DNA from: Antechinus flavipes
Lineage: Eukaryota
Assembly (NCBI RefSeq): GCF_016432865.1
Contig: NC_067398.1
Location: forward strand, 117,242,001 to 117,306,000
Direction: 5' to 3'
Length of the DNA: 64,000 nt
Shown here: piece by piece, positions 45,298 to 59,309 of the stretch
Layout of the letters: each line of letters starts with the position of its first letter
How positions within the stretch are numbered: the first letter of the stretch is position 1
Notes under the pieces: generated by a model
Database searches by the model: none
Seen by the model: only the letters and a program-made list of their open reading frames with translations
What the model was told of the DNA's origin: nothing
Translations under genes and position numbers: made by a program

Positions 45298-47225
45298 TCA
45301 AAAAGAAGTCCTGTCAGCTTCCCACCTTTTCCCAGCTCCAGTCACAGAAAATGAATTAAAAAGCAACCTCCTGATTTCTGGTTCCAATCTTCTTCCAAAC
45401 CATGCTCGCACTTCAGTTCTGAATTCCCTATAGCCATAGCATTGATTCTGTTACCTCTCCTTTATTTTCTCCTTTATTACTACCTTTATTCAGAAACCAA
45501 CATTCCCTCGAGTACTGAACCAAGTCCAAATTCATTGTCCTGATATTTAAAGCCTTCCATGAGCTTACCTTTGCAGCTTTTATTTCCCATGACTTCCGTA
45601 TATACATTCCACACTGCAGAAACCCTGGGCTATGTTATGCCCATGCATACCAGTGCCATCCCTCTGCCTGAGATTTCCCTGCTCCATCTGCACACATGGA
45701 CACAGTGATTTCTCCTTCCTCAACTCCTACGACATGTTGCTGTCTGTGCTACTCAACTGGCATTTATGTATCATCTGGCATTTGTTATCTTTTCGTGTCT
45801 CATCTTCCTAACGACTATCATGCATGAGAGCAAAGATAGTTTCAGATTCCTGCATCTTTCCATCCCTCAGCACCTAGTACCAAAAACCCTGCACAAACAT
45901 AGATGATCTAAGGGCTGGAGGGAATAGCCATTGCCAGGGAATAGTGGGGATGGCTGTTGCGAGTTCTCTTCCCTGCCCAGCAGACAGGTTTCTAGAAATG
46001 GTTTCCTTTGTGTTGCTATGCCCTTCTCCTGGTCCCCTGAGACCAGAGACTCAGAGGATGCTGCTACCTCCTCATGAGGCCATGAAGGCTAGACATGAAG
46101 GAGAGACCAAGCTGCATTTATAACTGACACTTGTTTTTGATCCTCCCACGCTGTGATAGGTTCCTCCATCACTGGACCAGGCAAGGTTCAGCATCAGCAA
46201 AGGCTGAGAACTCCCCCAGAGCCTGGTGCTCCAGCCGTCCCCCTTCTCCACCAAATCCTTATACCACCTGCTCAGCCTAGAGGGGAACAGACAGAGGCTT
46301 CTCTCCTGAAAGCCCACGTGCCCCATGATCCTAGATCTCCATCCCTCACTGAGATGCCCTGCTTTAGAAAATTAGGCCTCACTGGGAGGGAAGTTGGGAA
46401 TTCTAGGCCTGAGCTAGAAGAACCAGAGTACATGCTGGGTTGTAGGCAGCAGGGGCAACAGGTTGTGTGCCCCTCCAAGGGCAGGGAGCTGCAGGTGGAA
46501 GGGCACAAAGCCTGCCGCCGCCAGGGATCTTGACCCCTTTCCCATCCATCCCCCTGATTCATAGGGCAGAGGACCCTAATTGTCTATCTCTGGCTTGGGG
46601 AGGGCAAGCTGCTGACCTGAACCTGCCTAGGTTGATTTGACGGGTTTTTTTGGTAGGGGCAGGAAGAGCAGGAAGCTGCTGCCCCACCCAGTCCCCCTCC
46701 CCACCCCAGGTACCCCGCAGGGCCCAGAAACCACAGAAAGGGGAACTTAAGAGTTTTCTTGTTTTTCTCTGAAACCTCTTCCTGTCTCCCAGTTCTGAGA
46801 GCTCCTTCTGCCTTCCAGGCCTCTGCCCAACACCTCCCATGCTCTGGGGGATTTGTTCTCAGGCCTGCTCCCTCGGACTCCTCCAGGGGAGATGTGAGGG
46901 GGTGGGGGTGGGGATGGAAGTCAGATTCTCACCCACAAGCTCCTCCCTTCCCATCCCCCCAACTCGACCTCTACAGCGATCCAGGGCTGGCAATGAACGC
47001 TGTTAAGACACCCCACCCACACAGAGACAGAAATAGTCAGCCCTAGGAGAGACACACAGAAACTTGGGGTGGGGATGTAACTCTGACATCTCTACCCCCA
47101 CAGCCTACGCTTCTCCCACACTCAAACCCACACCCACAGGTGGCTGGGAGGAGGGTGGGTTCCCGGAGCCTTCGAGCCTCCCCGTTGCTGCATCCCCCTC
47201 TTCTCCCCGAGTCTTTTCACCTCAC

Positions 47226-47375
47226 CTGATGCAGACTGAGATGCAGGGAGGCCAGGCCTGATGAGGAAGAAGGAGCTGAAGCCGGAGCCTGGGAGACAGC
47301 ACCCGCCCGGCAAAGGATGCTCCTGTCAAGACAATGAATGAGAAGCAGACGGCTTAGCCCGGCCCCTTTAAAAGC
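47226..47375 (-). promoter_or_regulatory. CORO1A non-coding exon 1 and TATA-like box
   Basis: TTTTAAA at 47367-47373, then ATTGTCTTGACA (resembles the human CORO1A 5' end as recalled). Exon ends in CAG|GTGAGG at 47226. The coding exon acceptor is at 45271. GGAA ETS/PU.1-type motifs lie upstream. Confidence 0.7.
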
Positions 47376-48229
47376 GGCAGCACCCCTTTGGGGAGGGAAG
47401 GGGGCAGGGCTATTCGGTGAGACACGCCCACTCCCCTTCCTTTAACTGTCTTTAGGTCTCGCTTCCTCCAGCAAAGTTCACCCGAACACTGGGATGGGTG
47501 GAGAGCGGGCAGAGTGGGCGAGCTCTCTTAGGGGCAGGGCTGCGGATGGTAGGGCAGCTCCTTTTTGGTGGGGTTGGTGAGAGATGCTTAGTCCTATTAC
47601 AAATGATCCTCTGTCCGGGGCTTGAAGGGACCTTCCAGGGATCCCCTCGTTTTACCTTTGGGGAAACTGAGGCTCAGAGAGGTTGGCTGGCTTGTCTAAG
47701 GCTTTTGCAAGGTCATGAACTAGGATTAGAATTTAGTCTCAAGTATTCTGCAAATCCAGGGCTCATTCTGTTTCACCAGTCCCGCTGCCTTCCAGTTTCA
47801 TGTTTTTAATGTCCAGATGCATGGAGCTCTTTTCTCTCTTCCCTTCCTCTCCACGACCCCACATTTGATTCCCTTCACAATCAGTTACCTGTTATTGGTA
47901 GTGTCAGGAGTCTCCTAAGAGACCTATCCTGTCCCAGATATGAAATGGAGATCCTTCCAACCCTTTTTTGCTTCCATTGCAACAGAGTTCTCAAAAATTC
48001 CACCACTCTCCTAACCTAGGGTCTTACTGGGTTCTTAAGGTTTTGTATAGTTAAGAGCATTCTGGCCTGGTCCTCAAAATACCAATTTCTAAGTCTTTAT
48101 TACCGAATTGCTGAGGAATAGAACTAGTTTCAAACTCACCTTGGAAAGGGATAAGCGCTAGGGATAGATTGGGAATCTTGTATACACTAAGCTCATTTTT
48201 AAATTTTTATGTAAGATTATTTAAATCTT

Positions 48230-49110
48230 TTTATTTTCTGATAATTTTATTGACATTTTTTATTTTCAAAACATATGCAAAGATAATTTTTCACTATTGA
48301 CCCTTGCAAAACCTTGTGTTTGAATTTCCCCTTTTCTCCCACCTTCTCTCCTAGATAGCAAGTAATCCAATATGTTAAACATGTATAATTCCTCTATACA
48401 CATTACCACAATTATCATACTATACAAGAAATATCATATCAAAAAGGGAAAAAATGAGAAAGAAGAAAAAATGAAAGCAAACAACAAAAGTAGAAATACT
48501 ATGTTGTGATCCACACTCAGTCTGCATAGTCCTCTCTCTGGATGCAGATGGCTCTCTCCATCACAAGTCTCTTGGAACTGGCCTGAATCATCTCATTGTT
48601 GAAGGGAGCCACGTCCGTCAGAATTGATCATTATACAATCTTCTTGTTGCTGTGTACAATGTTCTCTTGGTTCTATTCACTTCACTCACTATCAATTCAT
48701 GTAAATCTCTCCAGGCCTCTCTGAAATCATCCAGCAGATTGTTTCTTATAGAATAATAATATTCCATAACATTCATATATCCTAACTTATTCAGCCATTC
48801 TCCAACTGATGGGCATCCACTCAGTTTCCAGTTCCTTGCCACTACAAAAAGGGCTGCTACAAACATTTTTATTCCTGTGAGACCTTTTCCCTTTTTAATG
48901 ATCTCTTTAGGATACAAGCCTAGGGGAGATACTACTGGATCAAAGGGTATGCAGAGTTTGATAGCCCTTTGGGCATAGTTCCAAATTGCTCTTCAGAATG
49001 GTTGAATCAGTTCACAACTCCACCAACAATGTATCAGTGTCCTACTTTTCCCACATTCCCTCCAAAAGTCATTATCTTTTCCTGTCATCTTAATCGATTT
49101 GAGAGGTGAC
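48230..49110 (-). mobile_element. L1 3' end (ORF2 C-terminus and 3' UTR)
   Basis: ORF 48618-48917 MYPKEIIKKGKG...FVAALFVVARNWKLSGCPSVGEWLNKL is L1 ORF2p C-terminal sequence. Confidence 0.9.
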
Positions 49111-49234
49111 ACACTAAATTCTTAATATTTATTAATTGACTGAAAAAAGATTTAAAGAAGAAGGAAGATGCTCCTGAACTTTTGAAGAAGGCTGAAACAA
49201 TTTTGATTTCTGAGCCCTCCGAGCTATGTCATCC

Positions 49235-49330
49235 ATTCCTACCTATATCCCAGTTCCCCCTCAGATCTGCTGGCTATTTCTGATTCCTACCTTTACACCA
49301 GCTCCCCCTCAGATCTGCTGGATATTTCTG
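49235..49330. repeat. 48-bp tandem duplication
   Basis: ATTCCTACC...CCCCCTCAGATCTGCTGG.TATTTCTG at 49235 and 49283. Confidence 0.85.
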
Positions 49331-51429
49331 ACAAACACTAGAGCTTTTATGCAAAGAGATAATAAAGTTACAATAGTACTACCTCTCACTGAGACACTCC
49401 ATCACTGTCAGGAAGACTTTCAGGAACACAAATCACTCCTGCAGCACTCCAATTCATTTTCTTTAGATCAGTAGTCTCAGAAGAGATTTTTGCTGAAGCC
49501 TATCTCTAAGAATAGGCAGTTCGGTTTCATACTCATATTTATACATTCAATATGATTCTTCTTTATCTAATAATTTCTATGTTAAAACTGGATTAAACTG
49601 AAGTGCCATTCTTCAGTTCTCTTCTTTATTACCTATCTACAATGGCTGGTGCCTCAGAACAAATACAGGATAGCAGAGACCTGGATGGTCAGATGTTGAC
49701 AAGAAAAATGTCTGGGGATTTTTAAGTTCAATAAATAAACTGTGTGATATAATTACTAACTGGGGGCATCTTCACTTGTGTGTGTGTATATATATATACA
49801 GCAGTATAAGGCAAGCTCCATGGCAGTAGGACTTGTTAGAAGGGACAGTGACATATTAGTGAATTTCTAGAGAAAGGTTACTAAGAATGGGAGAAGTTTA
49901 TAAAAAGGAACTAGGAATATTTCATCTGGAAAAGAAAAAACTTAGGGAGAAAACAAAATGGTTATGAAGAGGAATTAGGACATATACACATCATACCCAC
50001 TATATCACTGTAGAGGGCAGAATCAGGTGGAAGAAATCCATGGGATCATGGGGTTTTAGATCTGAGAGGAAACATAGATATCTAGTCCAACTCCTTCATT
50101 TTATACATGAGGAAACAGGTCCAGAGAGGGAGTGACCAACACAAGGTTACCTAGGTAGTAAGAAGCAAAATAAAAATTCAAACTAAGGTCCCCTTTGGAA
50201 AAACTGATTGGCTTAATGTGAGGGAGGTCTTTCTTACAATAAAACTATCCCAAGTTGGAACAAATGGACTATCTCATAAGAGATAATGAGTTTCTCTTTA
50301 CTAGAATTATTCAAGTAGAGGTTAACTACTCAGAGATGCTCAGTAAGAACTTTTTGCACTGAGGGAAGTTGGACTGGTTGCCCTCTGAGGTTTTTCCAAT
50401 GACTGAGCATATGATGCTCACCGAGGGAGTCACACAAATTGCTGGCATAACAAGGACCACCTCTGAGCCATTGATGGCAATACAGAAATAGCCCAGTCCT
50501 CCTAAGTCTAGAACTTTGTACAAGGACCTAGTTGACTGTAAAAGGAAACTACATAATGTGATAGAAATAATATTGGGTTAGAGCAGAAGACCTGTGATGT
50601 TCCAGTTCCATCATTTACTGCATGGCCTTCCATTCTTTGAGCCTCAATTTCCTCATCTGTAAAGTGAAACAAATAGATAAATAAGCACAGGCAAAGAAGA
50701 AACAAAATGGTCACTTTTGTTGATGATATGATGCTTTACTTAGACAACTCCAGGGTATCACCTAATAAATCAATTAAAATAAATTTGGCAAAATTGCAAG
50801 ATGGAAGATAAATTGATTTAAATTATGAGCTTTCATATGCAAGATGGAAGATAAATTGATCTAAACAATGAACTTTATATATATAAATACACACACACAT
50901 ACACACACACACACACACACCCCAAAACTCAAAAAAGGCAGATTCCATTCGAAATAACCATGGAAAGTATAAAATAGACCAAGATTCACTCAGGGACTAT
51001 ATGAATCTAACTAGAAAACTTTTTTTCAAAAATACAGACCTAATTAATTTAATTGTTCAGTCTTTTCAGTTGTAACCCCATTTGAGATATTCTTGGCAAA
51101 GATCCGGAAATATTTTGCCTTTTCTTTTTTCACTCATTTTATACATGAGGAAACTAAGGCAAACAGGACTAAGTTAGTGTCTAGGGTCACACAACTAGTA
51201 AGTTTGTCGCTAAATAAATGACTGGGATTTGAACTCAGGGTTTCTTGATTCCAGGCCTGGTGCTGTTTCCACTGCCACCATAATAGTATATATGAAACAC
51301 AATATTTGGGTTCATAAACCCAAAGATCCCTACTACTGGGATAAGAATTTGACAAAAACTGCTAGGAAAATTGGACAGCAGACTTGCAGAAATTAGACCA
51401 ATACCAGACATGGAGATAAGTTCCAAATA

Positions 51430-53690
51430 GATACATGATTTAAATATTAAAATTCAATCACAAACTTGGGGAGCAAGGAATACATTATCTTTTGGATTTA
51501 TGGATAAGGGGAAAGTTTATAACTAAACAAGTGATAAGGCTCACACAGAATAAAATGGATGGTTTTAATGATAAAATAAAAATGTTTTGCCCAAGCAAAT
51601 CAAATAGGAAAAATTAGAAGGGAAACAAGTAATGGGGTGGGGGTGGGGGCAAGAATCTCTGTGACATTTCATTGATAAAGTTATTTCCAGGACATAATGA
51701 GGAACTGATTTACTGTTAAGACTAGAATCCAAATAGTGAAAGGATATGAACAGACAAGTTTCTTTTTTAAATGAACTTTTTACTTTCAAAATATATGCAA
51801 AGATAGTTTTCAACATTCATCCTTGCAGAATCTTATGTTCCAAATTTTTCTCCCTTCCTTCCCCCCATCCCTTCTGCTAGACAGCAAGTAATGTGCAATT
51901 AATTCTATTATACAATATTTCCACATTTTTCATGCTGCACAAGAAAAATCAGATCAAAAAGAAAAAAAATGAGAATGAGAGAAAAAAGCAAGCAAGCCAC
52001 AAAAATGATGAAAATATTATGTTGTTATCCAGTCAATCCCTAACTCCTCTTTCTAGATGCAAATGATTCTCTCCATCACAAATCTATTGGAATTGACCTG
52101 AATCACCTCATTGTTGAAAAGAGCCAGGTTTGTAAGAGTTGATTATCAGATCATCACACAATCTTGCTGTAGCTGTGTACAATATTTTCCTGTTTCTGCT
52201 CATTTCACTCAGCATCAATCCATGCAAGCTTTCAAAGCTTTTCTGAAATCAGCCTGTTTATCATTTTTATAGCACAATAATATTTCATAATATTCATAAC
52301 TTATTCAGCCAATCCTCAACTGATGGGCATCAACTCAATTTCTAGTTCCTTGCCACTACAAAAAAGGCTGCTACAAACATTTTTGCACATGTAGGTCCTT
52401 TTGTATTTCTTATGATCTCTTTGGGATACAGATCTAGTAGAGACACTGATGGATCAAAGGGTATGCACAGTTTGAAAGTCTCTTGGGCATAGTTTCATAT
52501 TGCTCTCTAGAATGGTTGGATCATAAACAAATAGTTTTCAGACCAAGAAATTAGGGCCATTTTTAGTCACATGAAAAAATGCTCTAAATTACTATTGATT
52601 CAGAAATGCAAATTAAGACAACTTGAGGTACCACTTCACACACCTCAGATTGACTAAAATAATAGGAAAAGAAAATGATGAATGTTGATGGGGATGTGGA
52701 AAAACTGGAATACTAATGCATTGTTACTGGAGTTGTGAACTGATCCAACCACTGCAGAATGCAATTTGTAACTATGGCCAAAGGGTTATAAAACTGTGCA
52801 TACCCTTTGATCCAGCAGTATCTACTGGGTCTATATCTGAAAGAGATCATAAAAGAAGGAAAGGGAGCCAAATGTGCAAAAATGTTTATGGCAGTCTTTT
52901 TTGTAGTAGCAAGAAACTGGAAAATGAGTGGATGCCCATCAGTTGGAGAATGGCTAAAGTTATGGTATATGAATGTTATGGAATATTATTGTTTTATAAG
53001 AAGCAATCAGCAGGTTCATTTCAAAAAGACTTGGAAAGAATTACATGAATGGATGTTAAGTGAAGAAAGCAGACTAAGAGCATATCATACGCAGTAATAA
53101 GATAAAGTGATGATCAATTATGATGAATTTGGCTCTTTTCAACAAAGAGGTGATTCAAGGCAATTCCAATAGACTTGTGATGAAAAAGTGCCATCCGCAT
53201 CCAGGAGAGAACTATGGATTCTGAATATGGATCAAAGCATAGTATTCTCACCTCTTTTGTTGTTACTTACTTGTTTTTTTCTTTCTTGTATTTTTTCCCT
53301 TTTTGTCCTGATTTTTCTTGTGCAGCATGAAGCATATGGAAATATGTTTAGAAGAATTGCACACATTTAACCTATATAGGATTGCTTGCTGTCTTGGGGG
53401 GGGGGGGAGATGGAGAGAAGGAGAAAAATTAGAAACAAGATTTTTCCAAAGGTGAATGTTGAAAATTACCTTTGCCTTTATTTGGAAAAATAAAATGCTA
53501 TTAAAAAGATTAGAATCCATTTTTGAACAGGCAATTTCCAAAGGAAGATATCAAACTTCCAAAAATTATGTGAAAAATGGCTCTAAATCACTAATAATTA
53601 GAAAAATGCAAATTAAAGGAACTTTGAGGTTCTACCTCAAACCTATCAGACTAGCAAAGATGACAAAAAAAGGAAAATAACATGTTGTAG
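51430..53690. mobile_element. Nested L1 cluster: sense ORF2/3' fragments interrupted by an antisense L1 3' end (about 51765-52523)
   Basis: Sense ORF2 sequence KDMNRQ.. breaks at about 51765 and resumes FSD.EI.. at about 52530; ORFs 52716-53097 are L1 ORF2p C-terminal. Confidence 0.8.
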
Positions 53691-54373
53691 GGCCTGCTAT
53701 AAAACATATATATACCTATGTAGATGGAACATCCCGCTCATTTCCTGAAAGAGAATTGTTGAACTTAAAATGCAGAAAGAGATATACAAATGCATTTTTA
53801 GATTTTCCTAATATGGGATTTTTTGGCCAGGCTACACATAGCCATGTATTGAAGGATTTTTAAAAATTAAGTGAGGCTAATGAATCCTTATTTCTCTAAC
53901 AGAATTTTGATGATCAAATGAAATAGATGATATGAAAGTGTTTTGTAAACTAAATTTTCATGCAAACGTGCTTTACTATTGTTATACTGATTGCTCAATT
54001 ATGTATCTTTATCTATATCCTGATTTTCCTCTGAGAACCATTTTTTCCCTTCTATATACTGCATGCTTTTTTATTGGTATCTTTTTAAATATTACTTTCA
54101 TTTCCCAAATATATACCTCTCTTCTTCCCTCCCCATAAAGCCATTTCTTATAACAAAGAAGAAAAAAGAAAGAAAAACAGTTTAGCAAAGTTATTCATAA
54201 ATTAAGAATGATGGTATGTGCAATGTCTCTGCACATAGTTCCCTGTTTCTAAGAAGAAGGAAAAGAGATGCATTTTTTCTTTTCTAATTTTTAGAGTCAA
54301 ACCTGATCATCAGAATTACATGGTGTTCAATTTCTTCTTTTGTCCTGTTTATTCATAGTAGTTTGGTATAGAG

Positions 54374-54558
54374 TAATGATTCTCAATGTGTGTCTGGGGA
54401 ACCACATTTCATTAGGTCTACAAGGCCAAAACTATTTTCACAATAATGCTAAGATATTTTAATTTCTAATATGGTAAATATCAGTATATGTAATCCACAT
54501 AGAAAGGCCTTCAATAATTTTGAAGCATGTGGTGAGACTGAAAAGTTAGAATTATTGG
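54374..54558. mobile_element. hAT/Charlie MITE
   Basis: 13-bp imperfect TIRs (TAATGATTCTCAA / TTAAGAATTATTG) and a perfect 8-bp TSD GTATAGAG at 54366-54373 and 54559-54566. Confidence 0.8.
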
Positions 54559-56465
54559 TATAGAGAATAGAAATCTGGCCTCTGAGTCCAGAAGGTCAGA
54601 ATTAGAATTTTGCCTTGGACACATATTGACTATATGATTCTTGTGTGTCCTGGATGTTTAAAAAAACAAAGAAAGTGTTTCTTTTCAATGTTAGAAGAAA
54701 TTCTTACTTGAGGCATTCTCTATCCCAATGAAACAAAAAGTAATTGTGCTTATTATTTTTCTAATTCTGTTTATTTCATTTTTCATCAGTCCATATATCT
54801 TCACTTATGTTTCTATGTCCTTCATATTCATTGTTTCTTACAATGAAATAATATTTCCTTAAATTCATATAATGCAGCTTATTTAATCATTCCCCAATTG
54901 ATGGGCATTTACTTTGTTTCTAGTGTTTTGCTACTCCAAAAAAAAAGTTCTGCTATAAATATTCTGGCATATATAGGACCTTTCTTTCTATCTTTGATCT
55001 CCTTAAAGTATATGCCTAGCAGTGGGATCTTTGGGATATGTTATTTATAATCTTGATATAATTCCAAATTTCTTTCCAGAATGGTTAAACCAATTCACAA
55101 CTCAGCATATACCTGTATACTCCTGTATTGTATGTATCTGCCTTACCTCTACCCCTCCAATATTGATTATTCCTATCTTTTGTTTTGTTTGCCAATTTGC
55201 AGAGTATGAGGTAAAATCTTAAGGTTTTTTTTTGATGTTCATTTCTCTCATTATTAATGAATTGAAGCAAGTTTTCATGTTATTTATAGTTTGCAATTTT
55301 TTTTGAGAGCTGTTTGTTCATATTCTTTGTCTACTTATGCATTGAAGGAACCACTTTTTTCAAGCTTTCTCACTAGAGCAGTCCACCAATGGAACAAATT
55401 GTTTGCCTTATGAAATAAGGAACTTCCTTTTTACTACAAGTATTCAAGTTTTGAATATTACTATCCTATAAGAAATTAAATATGTGATGAATGATTTATA
55501 TGAACTTCTGCATAATGAAGCAAGCAGAGCCAAGAAAACAATACACATGGTAACTACAATGTAAAGAACAATGACACAAAACCCTAAAAGTGAATGTAAC
55601 AAAATTACAAAAATCAAGCAGTATTTGAATGAAAAGATATGAGAGAATATCCCCAACCTACTCCCTTTGTGGATTCAAGGGTGTTATACAGTGCACATGT
55701 TTCCAGATTTTTTCCAATGTATAAATCAGTCATATTGATTGGTTTCTTTTCCTCTCTTAAAAAATATAATATTTGTTTATATGGAATGGCCTTCTGGGAA
55801 GGGAAGGAACAGGAATATTTGTGTTAAATATGATGATGTAAGAAATAAAAGATATCAATGAAAACTTTTTTTTAAAGAAGTATTCAACCTAAGACTACCT
55901 AACCGATTCTTTTGGGAGGAAATTTCTGCCATATTTTCTTAGGTTTTTATTTCTGATCATAGAGAGTTTCATTTCCAAATTACACTTTCATCTTTCTCCT
56001 TTAGTGGTATATTTTTTCCCCAAATGCAACGTAAGACTGAACCAATTAGCAATCAATTAGCATACATTTATTAAATATCTATTACGTGCCAGACACTGCC
56101 AATGTACTAGAAGCTGAGGATATGAGAGGTAGCCAGGGAAAGGATTTTTGGTCTAGGCACTTGGGGGAAGGTCCACGGAACTAGAAGGTAGTAGATTGTC
56201 AGGCATTGTCCAGCAACAATGGTAATATTGATTTAATTATTATTCCCTGAGAAAAAAGTAGAAAGTAGGGTAGGTAATACCTGAGTTAGCTGGGCCTTGG
56301 AGTCCTTCTAGAGAAGGAAGTGGCTTTGGAGTAGCCAAAGATACAATGCTGACTCAAATGGTCAATAGTAGAAAAATCACTATCCACCAGTATTTGATAA
56401 TAACAGAGAAAGAAAATTTGTTATATATGGGCTACCTCCATTCCATTTGCTATTTACTACTATTT

Positions 56466-56790
56466 ATTTTTTTGTTTTGTTTTGTTTTTGAGACTAGGTC
56501 TTCAACCTATCTGGTCTATGTTGGAAATGTCCATGTCCCTTTCATATCCAATCCCAAAGCTTATTGGTATGGAAGTTTTAGCCTTCTTGCTGGTCTAATG
56601 GGACAGTTTGTCGTCTCCTTAGGTAGCCTGGTAGCCCTCGGATCCTGGAGACTTAACATATTAGTGCCAGATTTAATGCAAACATTTGATTGGCTTTATC
56701 GCTATTTGTTCTTCAAAACTCCCAAACTAAAGTGATGCACTCAGTCTCTTCAGAAACAAGGATTATCAATAGGTTACATCATCTGGCAAA
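56466..56790 (-). pseudogene. Full-length 7SL (SRP RNA) retrocopy
   Basis: Reverse strand aligns along 7SL (GCCAATCAAATGTTTGCATTAAATCTGGCACTAATATG vs GCCGATCGGGTGTCCGCACTAAGTTCGGCATCAATATG; CTACCAGGCTACCTAAGGAG vs CCACCAGGTTGCCTAAGGAG), ends GACC..GTCTC plus A-rich tail, 12-bp TSD TTACTACTATTT at 56454-56465 and 56791-56802. Confidence 0.85.
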
Positions 56791-57835
56791 TTACTACTAT
56801 TTCTGATCTCTCCACCTTTAACCAGAATGAATGATTACAAATTGAAATAATTTTGCATCGATGTTCATTACTTTTATCATTATCATTGAGACTTTGTTGT
56901 TTGATCAAGATTTACTGATTTGACTTTTCTAATATCAAAGTTCTTAAATTTTGAATAATAATGAAAAATCCTGTTGTGGGAGTTCTGAGTAGATCTTCTA
57001 CAAATGGTTAGGGAATTTCATCTCAGAACCAAGGACTTTTTCCTAATTATAAATCAGACCTGTTTATTTGTTACTCACTCTTTGTCTAATTTGGGTCCAT
57101 TGCATGTTTATGAATTCTTATAATATAGAGGAAGTCTGAGCCCCAAAAATATTTACTATGGCCACTAGATGGGGCATTCTGTATCATAGACAAGAATCGA
57201 ATCTAACCATAGAGTATAACTGAGAATTAATTGGCTGATTCTCTTTATCCACAAATATCTCAGTAACTAGCTCTTTATGAATCCAACCTCTCTTTCAATG
57301 AATTGTTTTGCAATCCTAAAGTATTAGAGTTGACAGGGACTTGAGTGATAATCTAATTCAATTCTTTCCCTGCAATTTGTGGTTGAGAAAACTAAGGCCT
57401 CATCAAGCTATGTGACCTGTTTTGGGACATCTATACATCTATATGACTATGAGCAAGTCAACTTTTCTTCTAAAACAAGATAATATTTGCATGCTGAAAT
57501 AATACTTCACTAGGTTGCTGTGAGAAAAGTCCTTTATGAATTTTACCATGTTATATAAATATGAGCTACTGGTATTGTTATTCTCCAACTATCCAGGGCA
57601 AATTTAGGGATTAGCCATCAAATCTCCTAATTTCTGGCCCAGTATCTTCTCCACCTCATAACAAAGACTTAAGTAAGATTATTTTTCTGTTGTTACAAAA
57701 TCTTCAAGGATTGAAGCAAAAGAGGTAGAATCTTTTTTGTTGTATTCACGGTAGCCCCCCTTTTTTGCATGTCAGTACCTCAATTCATATTTCCCTGGAA
57801 AACATTCCTGGAGCACTAATTCTTCTGAATGTTTT

Positions 57836-58224
57836 TCTTTTTTTGTTGTTGTTTCAATGTTCAGGTTTTTTTTTATTTTAAAGCTTTTTATTTTCAAAAT
57901 ATATACATAGATGATTCTAATTTTTCCCTCCCTTTTCACTCCCCCCAGTTGGCAAGTGATCTAATCTATGTTAAACATGTGCAATTTCTCTATACATATT
58001 TCCCCAAATATTTGTGCTGTGATGTGATGATATCATGCTGCCCAAGAAACATCAGATCAAAAAGAGAAAAAAAAGAGAAAGAAAACAAAATGGAAGCAAA
58101 TGACAACAAGAAGACTGAAAATACTATGTTGTGGTCTACATTCAGTACCCAGTACCCATTGTCCTCTCTCTGTGTACAGATGGCTTTCTTCATCACAAGA
58201 TCATTGGAATTGGTCTGAATCACC
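57836..58224 (-). mobile_element. 5'-truncated L1 inserted into the DIRS-like remnant
   Basis: 12-bp TSD TCTGAATGTTTT at 57824-57835 and 58225-58236. Confidence 0.85.
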
Positions 58225-59162
58225 TCTGAATGTTTTCCCAAGAACTGGGAAAACAGAATTTCTCTTAGGAAACTAGGGTCAGTTCCTCAAATATAGTTGA
58301 TGTGAGCTGAGGTAGGCCTCCAGGAAGTTTTCTTGGGAGGAAGGATATTATTAGTACACCTGGAAATAGCCTTTATCTAAAGGTGTAGTGTATCTCAAGG
58401 TCCTTGAATGTCTGTTTGACATTAGTCAGCATGAATCAGTCAGATGAGTTTTTAGAGTTTTTAGAACCAGTGGCTTAGTGATCCCAAGACTGTCAGCTTA
58501 CACTGAAGGGTTCTCATCTTGGATGTTGGTCCAAAGAGCCAGTATTTACTCTAAAAAATTTCCAAATACAAATCAAGTCGGAATTTCTATGGATGTAGAG
58601 AAAGGGGATCTCCAGATCCCTTACAAGCATCCAAAACAACTATAAATTGGTACCTTTCTTCATCCCATAGAAAATGTAGATAGCAAAGGATTCACAGGAA
58701 TCCACAAATAGATACTGAAACATTTAAATCACTTATAGTGATTTCTTTCAAAAGGAACTGAGATTGCCATAGGGTCATGATTCTGATATTCTGGTGAATC
58801 TCTAGCTCTCTCCCTTAGGTCTACATGGTTCCTTTTAGTATCTCTTATGATTGGTACTTTTCCCAGAGGGCATAATTTGGACTTAGTTGATGGGCAACCC
58901 TCTTCCATTAGATCTATATCATTCAAATAATTTACTTCAGAAGTATAGGATAGTAAAGCCTTCTTCCTCATGTTGTAGATTTGACCCTTATTGTTCCTCT
59001 AAATTCAGGAGTCATGTGGATAATCTTCTTCTTCCAAGTTTCATGATGCTCAGAAACTTCCCATCTCCATAAACTAGGGCCCCATATTCTCAAACTTGAG
59101 GTTACTTTCAAGATAATTCCAAAGACTGGCACTTCCCAAGAAGTCTCCTTTCTCTCTCTCTC

Positions 59163-59309
59163 TTTTTGCTTTTTGCTGAGGCAATTGGGATTAAGTGACT
59201 TTCCCAGGGTCACACAGATAGGAACTATTAAGTGTCTGAGGTCAGATTGAACTCAGGTCTTCCTGATTTCAGGGCTGATGCTCTACCTATTGCACCACCT
59301 AGCTGCCCC
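59163..59309 (-). mobile_element. WSINE1-like SINE inserted into the DIRS-like remnant
   Basis: SINE body ending CACCTAGCTGCCCC; TSD TCTCCTTTCTCTCT at 59144-59157 and 59311-59324. Confidence 0.85.

Noticed and set aside
50795-50879. 43-bp direct repeat
   Set aside because: Local slippage inside a degraded L1 fragment beside a (CA)n tract
57560-57600. Apparent DIRS RNaseH T..VAHI motif extending the fossil leftwards
   Set aside because: Falls in a recognisable MIR tail (TATATAAATATGAGCTA), so coincidental
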